A stretch of 64,000 nucleotides of DNA from Heptranchias perlo (GCF_035084215.1 NC_090345.1:2294001-2358000), one strand, 5' to 3'; shown: positions 1 to 12,834, numbered from the stretch's first letter. Notes: generated by a model not told the origin, from the letters alone. Program-made: numbers and translations.

Positions 1-1027
1 CCATTAGCGTTGATAGAACGAACACACGCACACAGTCATTCCGTCCGCGCACCACACCAGTGCTCGCTGGTGGAGACGCTGCTGAGAGGCAGGAGTTAAA
101 AGTTAGGCTTTTCATCTCTAGTGTGAATTGTGGAGAACTGTTTCTTTAGTCTAAAGACAAACGTATTTGTTTAAGGCACTGGTAGCAAATAACATTGGAG
201 GGAGTCTACGATTAGTGCAATTAACAGTCTTTGTCACCATCCTATTCGACATTAGCTTCTAAAGCAAATTACAAATGAACCCAAATTACATGGCATATTG
301 TATTGTTTATCAATTTCCATATTTACACATGATTTGTGTCAGAATTACTTGGTGTGATATTGTTATTAAAGATCCTTCTACAATTGTGCTAAAATATACT
401 TTCCAATCACATTGGTACATTGTAATCGAAACAATGAAGTTGATTTAAATTGTTTTATATAACTACTATCCGAAAGCCCTCAGTTGCCCCAAGGATTGTC
501 TCTCTTTATCTTTGTCCTTTGTCTCCCTCAGTTCAGGTTCCTGCCTGAACTAATGAGACCTGCAAGATGTACAATTGTAATGCAATATTTTTTAAAACCC
601 TGCTGAGGATTTAATGGGGCGGGGGGAACTTTAATTAAACTGTTCCCTATCCCCAAATTCACACGACTGATTTGACAGCTGTTTCGTATTTCTGACTCAA
701 TTTAAAAATTCTGATCGCACATGATTTATTTCTGTTTGAATCAGAAACATTGAGCTGATTCAACAAAAAGCTGATTGGAATCGTTCCCATCAGATCATTT
801 TTAATAAAGTATAAAGGAGTCTGATCTGCTCAATCGTAGTGCAACTTAATTTCATAAATTATATAAATTTATCAGCCAATATAATATTAAATTATTACAA
901 TTATCCATTATTTTGTACATTTGTTCTGTTTGTTATTTACCCTGAATAATGTTCTCTAAAAAGATCTTCCATTCAAAGTTGTGATTTTTTTCTTTTTTAC
1001 GGTGGTGCACACCCTTTATATCAGTGC

Positions 1028-2497
1028 ACACACCCGACACACACCACTCCGCACACACCCGACGCACCACCCCGCACACACCCAACGCACCACCCCGCAC
1101 ACACCCAACGCACCACCCCGCACACACCCAACGCACCACCCCGCACACACCCAACGCACCACCCCGCACACACCCAACGCACCACCCCGCACACACCCAA
1201 CGCACCACCCCGCACACACCCAACGCACCACCCCGCACACACCCAACGCACCACCCCGCACACACCCAACGCACCACCCCGCACACACCCAACGCGCACC
1301 ACCCCGCACACACCCAACGCACCACCCCGCACACACCCAACGCACCACCCCGCACACACCCAACGCACCACCCCGCACACACCCAACGCACCACCCCGCA
1401 CACACCCAACGCACCACCCCGCACACACCCAACGCGCACCACCCCGCACACACCCAACGCGCACCACCCCGCACACACCCAACGCGCACCACCCCGCACA
1501 CACCCAACGCACCACCCCGCACACACCCAACGCACCACCCCGCACACACCCAACGCACCACCCCGCACACACCCAACGCACCACCCAACGCACCACCCCG
1601 CACACACCCAACGCACCACCCCGCACACACCCAACGCGCACCACCCCGCACACACCCAACGCGCACCACCCCGCACACACCCAACGCGCACCACCCCGCA
1701 CACACCCAACGCACCACCCCGCACACACCCAACGCACCACCCCGCACACACCCAACGCACCACCCCGCACACACCCAACGCACCACCCCGCACACACCCA
1801 ACGCACCACCCCGCACACACCCAACGCGCACCACCCCGCACACACCCAACGCACCACCCCGCACACACCCAACGCACCACCCCGCACACACCCAACGCAC
1901 CACCCCGCACACACCCAACGCGCACCACTCCGCACACACCCAACGCACCACCCCGCACACACCCAACGCACCACCCAGCACACACCCAACGCACCACCCC
2001 GCACACACCCAACGCGCACCACCCCGCACACACCCAACGCGCACCACCCCGCACACACCCAACGCGCACCACCCCGCACACACCCAACGCGCACCACCCC
2101 GCACACACCCAACACACCACCCCGCACACACCCAACACACCACCCCGCACACACCCAACGCGCACCACCCCGCACACACCCAACGCACCACCCCGCACAC
2201 ACCCAACGCACCACCCCGCACACACCCAACGCACCACCCCGCACACACCCAACGCACCACCCCGCACACACCCAACGCACCACCCCGCACACACCCAACG
2301 CACCACCCCGCACACACCCAACGCACCACCCCGCACACACCCAACGCACCACCCCGCACACACCCAACACACCACTCCGCACACACCCAACACACCACTC
2401 CGCACACACCCAACACACCACTCCGCACACACCCAACACACCACTCCGCACACACCCAACACACCACTCCGCACACACCCAACACACCACTCCGCAC
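1028..2497. repeat. 23-bp CA-rich minisatellite (cgcacacacccaacgcaccaccc, with 25-bp variants) in a PDCD11 intron
   Basis: Direct tandem periodicity (cccaacg at 1081 and 1104); explains the five overlapping ~500-aa low-complexity ORFs. Confidence 0.97.
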
Positions 2498-2562
2498 ATG
2501 GCTGAAAACAATTAGACGGCACAAACACCACACGTGTAGGTGAGCAGAGGTGAATCACTCAC

Positions 2563-2769
2563 GCGCGAGTAGGCGAAGCTCCCATCTTCCAGCTGAAAGG
2601 TGACTCCAGCTCCCTTGTGGTAGCACAGCACGGTGCTCTCCTCCAGAACCTCGCCGATCTGGTGCACGCTCGGCTTCTGCAACACAGCCCCCGGCTGCAG
2701 CAAACGGGGCCGCAGTGTCAAGTGCACAGACTTCGAGTCCGGCTGCACATACAGGACACACGCCTTCAC
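2563..2769 (-). CDS. PDCD11: PDCD11/RRP5 coding exon 8 (VKACVLYVQPDSKSVHLTLRP...GSFAYSR); gene continues beyond the left edge
   Basis: cag acceptor, GTGAGT donor, 207 nt phase 0/0, S1-domain-like sequence. Confidence 0.9.
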
Positions 2770-2944
2770 CTGGAGGGGGACACATTCCTTGCAGTTTATT
2801 GCAGACAGGACAGCAGCAACAGAGGCATAAAATGAACAAAAAATGCAGCAAATTGGAAATAGAAGCATCCAATAGTTAGAGCCTCTCGATCAGGGACGGT
2901 GGGGGTCTCACAGTGAGACCTATCCCCATGTACAATGGAGTTAC

Positions 2945-3757
2945 ATCGAAACTACAGCACAGAAACAGGCCATTCGGCCCAACTGATCTGTGCTGGTGTT
3001 TATGCTCCACACGAGCCTCCTCCCTCCCTACTTCATCTCACCCTATCACCATAACCTTCGATTCCTTTCTCCCTCATGTGCTTATCTGGCTTCCCCTTAA
3101 ATGTATCTATGCTATTCACCTCAACCACTCCCTGTGGTAATGAGTTCCACATTCTCACCACTCTCTGGGTAAAGAAGTTTCTCCTGAATTCCCGATTGGA
3201 TTTATTAGTGACTATCTTATATTTATGGTCCCTAGTTCTGGTCTCCCCACAAGTGGAAACGTCTTCTCTACGTCTACCCTATCAAACCCTTTCATTATCT
3301 TAAAGACCTCTATCAGGTCACCCCTCAGCCTTACTAGAGAAAATAGCCCCAGCCTGTTCAATCTTTCCTGATACGTATATCCTCTCAGTTCTGGTATCAT
3401 CCTTGTGAATCTTTTTTGCGCCTTCTCCAGTGCCTCTATATCCTTTTTATAATATGGAGACCAGAACTGTTCACAATACTCCAAATGTGGTCTAATCAAG
3501 GTTCTAAACAAGTTTAACATAACTTCTCTGCTTTTCAATTCTATCCCTCTAGAAATGAACCCCAGTGCTTGATTTGCCTTTTTATGGCCTTATTAACCTG
3601 CCTCACTACTTTTAGTGATTTGTGAATCTGTACCCCCAGATCCCTCTGCTCCTCTACCCCATTTAGACTCTTATTTTCCAAGCAATATGCGGCTTCCTTA
3701 TTCTTCCTACGAAAATGCACCACCTCACACTTATCCATATTGAAGTTCATTTGCCAA
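2945..3757 (-). mobile_element. CR1-type LINE 3' fragment
   Basis: ORFs ...WQMNFNMDKCEVVHF...RDLGVQIH and LIRPHLEYCEQFWSPY...LRGDLIEVFKIMKG are typical CR1 ORF2 C-terminus. Confidence 0.9.
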
Positions 3758-4328
3758 TAACCCTTGTGGTAGGTCCCGAGATAGAGCCTCTCGATCAGGG
3801 ACTTTGGGGGTCTCACAGTGAGACCAAAGCCAGGTATAAGTTTCTCGAGGGCTCTCTACAGCGAGTCAGTCGGACCCACAAAGTCCCCAGTCTGTGTAGA
3901 GATGATTGATCTCAGTCAGGGAGCTACACGCAGCCTCAGGGCTCGTGGTCCAGGGAAGCAATAAAACAAAACAGCCAGGGTTCCTGCTCCTGTACATATC
4001 CGGCAGTCTTTGCTGGACATGTTCGTGTGTAGCCATTGGCTCAATAACCAACCCTTCGCAATCAATGGTATTAAAACCTTGCCCCATCAGTGGTAAAACC
4101 ATCAGCCGTCTCAGTCCTACTCTCCGAACTCCCTCCCTAAACATTGTCTTTCTTCTCCTTTAAAAAAGTCTCAAAACCCACCCCCCTTCAACCAAACTTT
4201 ACATCACCACTATAAACCTCCTCTTCCTGGCTCATTGCCAGTTCCTTATGCCTATTTGTGAAGTGCCTTGGGGTGTTTTTCTTTTAAAAACGTTAAAAGG
4301 TGCCGAACGGCGGTTTCCTCAAACTCAC

Positions 4329-4436
4329 CTTCTGACCCTGGCGGTAGGTCCTGACTTTCTGAGGGTCCAGGTGCATAAAATCGACAAAGCCCGACAAGCC
4401 GGAGAGGAACAGCAGAACCAGGCCGTGGAAAGTCAC
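4329..4436 (-). CDS. PDCD11: PDCD11 coding exon 7 ([36 protein letters not shown])
   Basis: cag/GTGAG boundaries, 108 nt; VDFMHLDP matches human PDCD11 as recalled. Confidence 0.9.
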
Positions 4437-4559
4437 CTGTGATCAAATCAGCACAAGGTTCTAGCAATGGAGCAGTCATCATAACAGAAGTTCAAAGCAA
4501 GTCATTGCAGCCATGGGCCAGCCTCAGAGGACAGAGCCAGCGAGAGAGAGAGCACAGGT

Positions 4560-4820
4560 TGGGCACTGAGCGGTCACACCAGGGACTGGAGTCCAGCACA
4601 CACCCCGAGGGGCCAGAGGGAGGAGCGTGGATCGGGGACTGAGCGATCACACCAGGGCCTCGAGTCCAGCACACACCCCGAGGGGCCAGAGGGAGGAGCG
4701 TGGATCGGGGACTGAGCGGTCACACCAGGGACTGGGTCCAGCACACACCCCGAGGGGCCGGAGGGAGGAGCGTAGATCAGGCACTGAGTGGTCACACCAG
4801 GGCCTGGGTCTAGCATACAC
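4560..4820. repeat. ~73-bp tandem repeat, ~3.5 copies
   Basis: actgag anchors at 4565, 4638, 4711, 4783. Confidence 0.85.
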
Positions 4821-5699
4821 TCCCTCACCAGGCGATCAGTCGCAGGCAGCCTCCCTCCGCCCAATCCTTTTTGCCGTGAAGTGCTCGGAGAAAACATGAA
4901 GGATGCTCACGGTCACCATTATTCTGAAAGCAGGGTGGCCATTTCAGAGAATCAGACAAACTTTGGAGCAGGTGGTGGTCATTTGGCCCATCGTGCTTGT
5001 GTCCAGTGCTAGCCCCCTCAGACCCAAGTTAATCCCATCTCCCTGTACCCTTCGCCCCTCCCCTTTTACACCTTCAGGACTAACCCGGAGATTCTGGCCC
5101 TCATTGCTGGTTCACCCACCAGTGGAAACAACCTTTCCCTGTTTACCCTCTCAAATCATTTAATTTTAATCACCTTTAAACTTCGCTACTGCAATCAGTA
5201 CAGTCCAGGCTGAAGTCTATCATCCCAGCCCCGGAATCGTCCTGCTGCAATCAGTGCTGCTCCTTTTCCCAGGCTTCAATCTCCTGGTTATACTGGGAGC
5301 CCTGAATCTGCAGACTGCTCACACTGTGGGCCAATCAATGTACTGTAGAGATTCATCATTAACCCCCTTTTATCTTCAATGCCCCATTATCAGACTCGAG
5401 AAAGCTGGCAGGTTTGTTGCAGACAAAAAGAAAAATTATCAATGGCACTAACGTGTAACAGGATGGAGAAAGTGGTGGTGGGCCACAGGTCAGAGACCAC
5501 TCGAGAGAAAAGACAGCTTAACATCTCGGCTAGGCCTCTTCACTCAACCTCTTCCCTCTGACCAAAGGTCACACCTGAAATGTGAACCCGTCTTATTTTT
5601 CCCCAAATAGGTTCTGCGTCCAACAGGCTGGCTGGAAGGGGCTGATGCAAGGCCACAGAACGGATTTTTATGAGTCTCGCAGGAATACCCCGTAGTTAC

Positions 5700-6100
5700 A
5701 TAGAATTTACAGCTCAGAAACAGGCCCAACAGGTCCATGCTCCACACAAGCCTCCTCCCACTCTTTATTTCATCTCACCCTATCAGCATATCCTTCTATT
5801 CCTTTCTCTCTCGTGTTTATCCAGCTTCTCCAAAAATGTATCTACACTATTCGCCTCAACCACTCCTGGTAGTGGCAAGTTCCACATTCTCACTACTCTT
5901 TGGGTAAAGAAGTTTCTCCTGAATTCCCTATTGGATTTATAAGTGACTTTCTTATATTTATGGCTCCTTGTTTTGGATTCCCCACAAGTAGAAACATCTT
6001 CTCTATGTCTACCCTATCAAACCCCTTTCATAATTTTAAAGACCTCAATCAGGTCATCCCTCAGACTTCTCTTTTCTACAGAAGACACCCAGCCTTTTCA
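5700..6100 (-). mobile_element. Degenerate CR1 LINE 3' fragment
   Basis: Similar to 2945-3360 (ttccacattctcac...gggtaaagaagtttctcctgaattccc). Confidence 0.8.
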
Positions 6101-6144
6101 GTGTTTAGGGAACGGGAGACAATACAAGATCCTAAAATCTTCAC

Positions 6145-6326
6145 CTTCTGAACCTCGGCCCTGATCATCAGCCCAGGGAGCAGGTTGCACAGGTTCCACT
6201 TCTGATCCTCAGCAGCTATCGCTGCAACCACATCAGTCGGACAGATTGAGAGCTGGACGATTCTGCCTTTATTCTTCACTGTCTCCACGAGGGAGTTTAA
6301 GTACTGCCCAACACGGAGAGGCAACC
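6145..6326 (-). CDS. PDCD11: PDCD11 coding exon 6 (GLPLRVGQYLNSLVETVK...NLLPGLMIRAEVQK)
   Basis: tag acceptor, GTGAAG donor, 182 nt phase 1/0. Confidence 0.9.
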
Positions 6327-6537
6327 CTAGAGCAGAACAAAATATACATGGGTGTCGGTTAGAGAAAGTGCCAGAAATACGAGAGCTGGATAGTCAGCAG
6401 AGGCCTCACCGACTGTAATATAAACTGCTCTCGGGACTCTACAGCTATTGAGCCAGGGAAAGAGAAAAGAGAAAAAATTACTTGCATTTATATAGCGTCT
6501 TTCACAACCTCAGGAAGTTCCAAAGCGCTTTACAGCC

Positions 6538-8498
6538 GTCCTTACCCGGTCTGGCCTATATGTGACTCCAGACCCACAGCAATGTGGTTGATTCTTAATT
6601 GCCCTCTGAAATGGCCTAGCAAGCCACTCAGTTATAACATCTCGCTAAAAAAAGTCATAATAAGAATCAAACCGGACGGACCATCTGTCATCGGACACAA
6701 CAAAGTCGACCCTGCAAAGTCCTCCTCACTAACATCTGGGGACTTGTGCCAAAATTGGGAGAGCTGTCCCACAGACTAGTCAAGCAACAGCCTGACATAG
6801 CCATACTCACAGAATCATACCTTTCAGCCAATGTCCCAGACTCTTCCATCACCATCCCTGGGTATGTCCTGTCCCACCGGCAGGACAGACCCACCAGAGG
6901 TGGCGGTACAGTGATATACAGTCAGGAGGGAGTGGCCCTGGGAGTCCTCAACATTGACTCTGGACCCCATGAAATCTCATGGCATCAGGTCAAACATGGG
7001 CAAGGAAACCTCCTGCTGATTACCACCTACCGCCCTCCCTCAGCTGATGAATCAGTCCTCCTCCATGTTGAGCACCACTTGGAGGAAGTACTGAGGGTAG
7101 CAAGGGCACAGAATGTACTCTGGGTGGGGAATTCAATGTCCATCACCAAGAGTGGCTCGGTAGCACCACTACTGACCGAGCTGGCCGAGTCCTGAAGGAC
7201 ACAGCTGCCAGACTGGGCCTGCGGCAGGTGGTGAGCGAACCAACAAGAGGGAAAACCTTACTTGACCTCGTCCTCACCAATCTACCTGTCGCAAACGCAT
7301 CTGTCCGTGACAGTATTGGTAGGAGTGACCACTGCACAGTCCTCATGGAGACGAAGTCCTGTCTTCGCACCGAGGACACCGTCCAACGTGTTGTGTGGCA
7401 CTACCACCGTGCTAAATGGGATAGATTCAGAACAGATCTAGCAGCTCAAAATTGGGCATCCATGAGGTGCTGTGGGCCATCAGCAGCAGCAGAATTGTAT
7501 TCCAGCACAATCTGTAACCTCATGGCCCGGCATATTCCTCACTCTACCATTACCAACAAGCCAGGGGATCAACCCTGGCTCAATGAGGAGTGCAGAAGAG
7601 CATGCCAGGAGCAGCACCAGGCATACCGAAAAATGAGGTGCCAACCTGGTGAAGCTACAACTCAGGACTACACGCATGCTAAACAGCGGAAGCAACATGC
7701 TATAGACAGAGCTAAGCGATTCCACAACCAACGGATCAGATCAAAGCTCTGCAGTCCTGCCACATCCAGTTGTGAATGGTGGTGGACAATTAAACAACTA
7801 ACGGGAGGAGGAGGCTCTGCAAACATCCCCATCCTCATTGATGGCAGAGTCCAGCACGAGTGCAAAAGACAAGGCTGAAGCTTTTGCAACCATCTTCAGC
7901 CAGAAGTGCCGAGTGGATGACCCATCTCGGCTTCCTCCCGATATCCCCACCATCACGGAAGCCAGTCTTCAGCCAATTCGATTCACTCCAGATGATATCA
8001 AGAAATGGCTGAGTGCACTGGATACAGCAAAGGCTATGGGCCCCGACAACATCCCGGCTGTAGTGCTGAGGACTTGTGCTCCAGAACTAGCTGCGCCTCT
8101 AGCCAAGCTGTTCCAGTACAGCTACAACACTGGCATCTACCCGACAATGTGGAAAATTGCCCAGGTATGTCCTGTCCACAAAAAGCAGAACAAATCCAAT
8201 CCGGCCAATTACCGCCCCATCAGTCTACTCTCAATCATCAGCAAAGTGATGGAAGGTGTCGTCGACAGTGCTATCAAGCGGCACTTACTCACCAATAACC
8301 TGCTCACCGATGCTCAGTTTGGGTTCCGCCAGGACCACTCGGCTCCAGACCTCATTACAGCCTTGGTCCAAACATGGACAAAAGAGCTGAATTCCAGAGG
8401 TGAGGTGAGAGTGGTTGCCCTTGACAGCAAGGCAGCATTTGACAGAGTGTGGCACCAAGGAGCCCTAGTAAAACATCCCATGAACGAATTAAAAAAAA
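6538..8498 (+). mobile_element. Non-LTR retrotransposon (APE endonuclease plus N-terminal RT), frameshifted and internally deleted, nested in a SINE
   Basis: APE motifs (DIAILTESYL, GGGTVIY, YRPP, LDLVLTN, SDH) and RT motifs (GPDNIP, NYRPISLLS, QFGFR, DSKAAFDRVWH) across three frames; ends in ...catcccatgaacgaatt(A)8. Confidence 0.9.
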
Positions 8499-9490
8499 GT
8501 GCTTTTGAAATGTAGTCACTGTTGTAATGTAGGAAACGGGACAGCTACTTTCCACACAGCAAGATCCCACAAATGGTTGAGAGATACATATTGACCAGGA
8601 CAGCAGTGAGAACTCCTCTGCCCTTCTTCGAAATAGGGCCATGGGATGTTTTACGTCTACCCGAGGGGGCAGACGGAGCGTTGGTTTAATGTCTGATCCA
8701 AAAGACTGACCCTCCGACAGCGCAGCGCTCCCTCAGTACTGCCCCTCCGACAGCGCAGCGCTCCCTCAGTACTGCCCCTCCGACAGCGCAGCGCTCCCTC
8801 AGTACTGCCCCTCCGACAGCGCAGCGCTCCCTCAGTACTGCCCCTCCGACAGCGCAGCGCTCCCTCAGTACTGCCCCTCCGACAGCGCAGCGCTCCCTCA
8901 GTACTGCCCCTCCGACAGCGCAGCGCTCCCTCAGTACTGCCCCTCCGACAGCGCAGCGCTCCCTCAGTACTGCCCCTCCGACAGCGCGGCGCTCCCTCAG
9001 TACTGCCCCTCCGACAGCGCGGCGCTCCCTCAGTACTGACCCTCCGACAGCGCGGCGCTCCCTCAGTACTGCCCCTCCGACAGTGCGGCGCTCCCTCAGT
9101 ACTGCCCCTCCGACAGCGCGGCGCTCCCTCAGTACTGACCCTCCGACAGCGCGGCGCTCCCTCAGTACTGCCCCTCCGACAGCGCAGCGCTCCCTCAGTA
9201 CTGCCCCTCCGACAGCGCAGCGCTCCCTCAGTACTGCCCCTCCGACAGCGCAGCGCTCCCTCAGTACTGCCCCTCCGACAGCGCAGCGCTCCCTCAGTAC
9301 TGCCCCTCCGACAGCGCAGCGCTCCCTCAGTACTGCCCCTCCGACAGCGCAGCGCTCCCTCAGTACTGCCCCTCCGACAGCGCAGCGCTGGGAGTATCAG
9401 TCTGGATTATGGACTAAAGTCTCTGGAGTGGGGCTCGAACCCACGACCTTCTGACTGAGGAGAGAGTGCTGCCCAATGGGCCAAGGCTGA
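8499..9490 (-). mobile_element. tRNA-derived Deu-domain SINE (SacSINE1-like) with an internal 33-bp unit amplified ~20x (8706-9388); its tail lies at 6480-6537, split off by the LINE
   Basis: Reverse complement matches the unexpanded copy at 11228-11660; B-box-like ggttcgagccc at ~9431-9441. Confidence 0.8.
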
Positions 9491-9826
9491 CGAGAGTGAG
9501 AGCAGCACTAGTTGCAATGAAGAGTATCTTTCAATTGCAAACTAAATACTCAGCATTCCTTGGTGGTTGGTGCATTCCCAATGACAGTTAGAAAGCACCT
9601 GGCCAGCAACATGTACAGGAATAAGCAAGGTACAGAGAATTAATCAACCGTATCTGATCACAGTCAGCACTCCCAATGCCTGGATGCCAGACCTGTCGTG
9701 AGCTGGTACCACTGGTCAGGAATAGTTTGCCATCTCGGTTGTGGATTCCGTTCCACTGAACGTCTGACTGGCCTGTTGAGAGTGAGGAGCAGCTTTATCC
9801 CTGCGCTACCACTGTGTGGGCCTCAC

Positions 9827-9950
9827 CTCGGTTTCTGTTCTTGATGTACTCCTGGGCTTTCTGTTGAGAGAGGAAGGCCGTGGTGGCATTGACCCCAATA
9901 TCGACCAGGTACCCGTGATCCTCCACACTCGACACGCAGCCTGAGAGCAA
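9827..9950 (-). CDS. PDCD11: PDCD11 coding exon 5 ([41 protein letters not shown])
   Basis: tag/GTGAG boundaries, 124 nt; [10 protein letters not shown] is a conserved Rrp5 S1 motif. Confidence 0.93.
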
Positions 9951-10555
9951 CTAAAGTTACACAGAGAGAGGAAAGGAACACTCAGTACGAGGACCAGGGG
10001 CCAGACCCGAGGTAATGGTGAACCAAATGTACAATTACAACAAATCAAGACGGACGCTCGATGGCCACACCCCCCACCCCCTCTCCCTCCCACCCCCCCC
10101 CATGCTGAAAATCAGTGAAGTGATTCCCAGTGACAGGGAAATCCCAGGAATTTCACCAGGAAAGGATAACAAGCCTCCGCATTTTACATTTTGAAATGAT
10201 TCCTGGGAACTAACGTCAGGTAAAGAGTCACGGATATGAGTAAAAGGAGAATTTGGTGTTAATTTTAAAACAAACAGTTCAGCAGAAAAAATAATCAATG
10301 CTGATAAATGATTTACAATTAACATATACTTTTTCCAGTTTAATATAACTTACACAAATGCTTCAATTTGGCATTGGAGAGACGATGCCCCTCATTGCCC
10401 ACCCCCTCACCCACTCAGAGATCCCCCAGGCATATTGTTAGTTCTGGAAATGTTGAGATGGAGGATGGATTTAGTCAAATCGCTGCCTTGGATCAGGGCT
10501 GACTGGGAATACCATGGCTGGATCCCGGAGTTCCCTACCACACCCACGCACTCAC

Positions 10556-10717
10556 CATGCCAGCTCGCAGTGCCCCCGGCGACAGTGCCCTGTTCACATC
10601 CTTCGGGTTAATGGAGAGTTTCAGGCTGTGGTGGCTGGCTTTTGTCTTTCCGAGCTCAGAGACAGTACACCGCACAACCATTCCGGGGCTGTACAGGTCT
10701 GGGAGAGCAGTCAGATC
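10556..10717 (-). CDS. PDCD11: PDCD11 coding exon 4 (DLTALPDLYSPGMVVRCTV...LKLSINPKDVNRALSPGALRAGM)
   Basis: cag/GTGAG boundaries, 162 nt phase 0/0; absent from the ORF track. Confidence 0.92.
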
Positions 10718-11227
10718 CTGGGGTTAGATTGGGACAAAACACAGCAGACCACAGGCATCAGAAGGCTGACAGCAGGAAGCAGCACAAAGGCACAAGCCAC
10801 AATCTCAGCATCATTCACAAAACTCAATCAGAAACTCCCTATCACCCCCTCTGAGATCAAGAGATGCCTTTACTGTCTCGACCCAGACCCAAGGCCATCT
10901 CTCTCTCTCGGCAGCTGAGGAACACACAGTCCTGGCAACTTACACCATCCCCACTTATCCCGGTCAGCCGCCTGTATCAGGCAAATGGCGCTAACTATCG
11001 TCCATGACCACAGGCATCAATTACAAGGGCACCACTTAAAGCGTATTAAACACGCCGACTATTTCAGGCGGTTTAAGCAGTTGTTTGCACCTGGCGATTA
11101 TCCATCACTAACTTACTCTCAGCTTGCAAGCAGCACTTTAGTTTTGAGCGTTCCTCAATTAATTTTCCCTTAATGAAAAATATGTTTCTTGAAGGTTAAC
11201 AAGAGGAAATGACTTTAAAAAGCCCGG

Positions 11228-11660
11228 GTGTGAGCCGAGGCTCAGTGGGTAGCACCTCCGTCTCGGAGTCAGAAGGTCGTGGGTTCAAGTCCCACTCCAG
11301 GTGACTTGATGACCAAAAAAAAGAGGCCGACACGCCAGTGCCGTACCGAGGGAGTGCTGCACTGTTGGAGGTGCCGTCTTTAGGATGAGACGTTAAACCG
11401 AGGCCCCGTCGGGCCCCCTTAGGAAGATGAAAAAATCCCACGGCAACTATTTCGAAAAAAAGAGCAGGGGAGTTCTCCCTGTTCAATATTTATCCCTCAA
11501 CCAACATCAGTAAAACAGATTATCTGGTCATTTATCTCACTGCTGTTTGTGGGACCTTGCTGTTTGCAAAATTGGCTGCTGCGTTTCCTACATTACAACA
11601 GTGACTACACTTCAAAAGTACTTCATTGGCTGTAAAGCGCTTTGGGACATCCTACAAGTC
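11228..11660 (+). mobile_element. tRNA-derived Deu-domain SINE, unexpanded copy
   Basis: A box (ggctcagtggg), B box (ggttcaagtcc), core gagggagtgctgcactgttggaggtgccgtcttt...gagacgttaaaccgaggccccg, tail cattggctgtaaagcgctttggga. Confidence 0.85.
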
Positions 11661-11865
11661 TGTCTTTCTTTAACTCCTGCCACTGATACGGAGATCCCTC
11701 ACGGTCAAATCTGCTTTCAACACTAACGCATGTGGCGTGGCTGGTTTGGAGGTACTGAGAGTCCCTGGGACCCTGGACCCTAGCAAGCAGTCAGCACCCT
11801 CAACCAAGGAAGACACGAGGAAACCCACAAAAAATAAATAACAGATAGGTAATGGGGTCACTCAC

Positions 11866-12030
11866 CTCCGGCAGCTCTTCATTCACCTGCTCCCTCAGGG
11901 ATTTTGTATACGCATCACAGACGTTGGTGAGACTCACATAACCAGTCAGCCCGTGGGGTAAACCAATCACAAGCTCAAAATCAGTCACTTCTTTCACGCA
12001 CCCGAGGAGCAGAGTCCCGACAGTCAGTTT
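11866..12030 (-). CDS. PDCD11: PDCD11 coding exon 3 (KLTVGTLLLGCVKEVTDFELVIGLPHGLTGYV...EELPE)
   Basis: cag/GTGAGT boundaries, 165 nt, first S1 domain. Confidence 0.93.
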
Positions 12031-12688
12031 CTGGGGGATGGCAGAGAAGGAGGGAAACAATGAACGACATCCAGAACAGATACAGTGGTGCTCAAGAGGC
12101 TACAGGCAGAAGAGAGCAACTCAAATTTACATCAACTTGATGTAATGTCCTTGATGGCCGAGGGGGGCAGATGAGGGTTGGGGTACAGCTGGGGCAGCAT
12201 GAATGGAGGGGTTCGAGAGCCAAGCTCACACAACATACTACATGGAACAGAAGGGGTTACTCCGAAGCCCATTTCAAGTTAAACCACGACAGCAAAACGA
12301 AGGCGCCCAGGGGCAACCTGGGAAAAGGCAGAATCAGGGCTGATGTCAGGGAGGGGAGTGGGAGCAAAATCTCAGGAGACTGAGCTGAAGGACTGTGGGG
12401 CAGGATGAGCGAGATGGGCTGAATCACCTGCCTCATCTGAACCGATCTTTGTCATCTGTTCAAATCTCCACAACCCACCCCTTCCGGACACTAGATTCCA
12501 CCTGGATGTCAACCAAGGATTCAGAGCCGGCACCGCCCACAGCGCCCGCCCGACTCAGAGACAGGAATGCTCCCGCTGAACCAAAGGGACGCTCCCGCGA
12601 GCGATGGTCACTGTAGCAAATTCTCCGACAATCCGAGCTCTTTCGTCCGTTTGATTAAATGCTCACTAGTCCACTTCCACTCACATAC

Positions 12689-12826
12689 CTTGAAGGAGAG
12701 AATTCCTGCCTCAATCGGCTGCTTGGCCCACGCTGATCCGCCTTTCTCCCTCCGCTGCTTTTTTGACTTTTGAGGCTTCAATTCCTTCTTCCTTTTTCGT
12801 TTCTTACTTTCATCCTCCTGGCGCTC
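12689..12826 (-). CDS. PDCD11: PDCD11 coding exon 2 (ERQEDESKKRKRKKELK...GILSFK), basic NLS-like
   Basis: cag/GTATGT boundaries, 138 nt phase 0/0. Confidence 0.85.
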
Positions 12827-12834
12827 CTGGACAC

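Noticed and set aside
933-2558. Five ~500-aa ORFs on both strands
   Set aside because: Translations of a stop-free 23-bp minisatellite inside a PDCD11 intron.
6746-8515. Active retrotransposon ORF2
   Set aside because: Split by frameshifts and lacks the RT catalytic (Y/F)ADD region.
11228-11310. tRNA gene (A and B boxes)
   Set aside because: It is the head of a SINE and continues into the SINE body.
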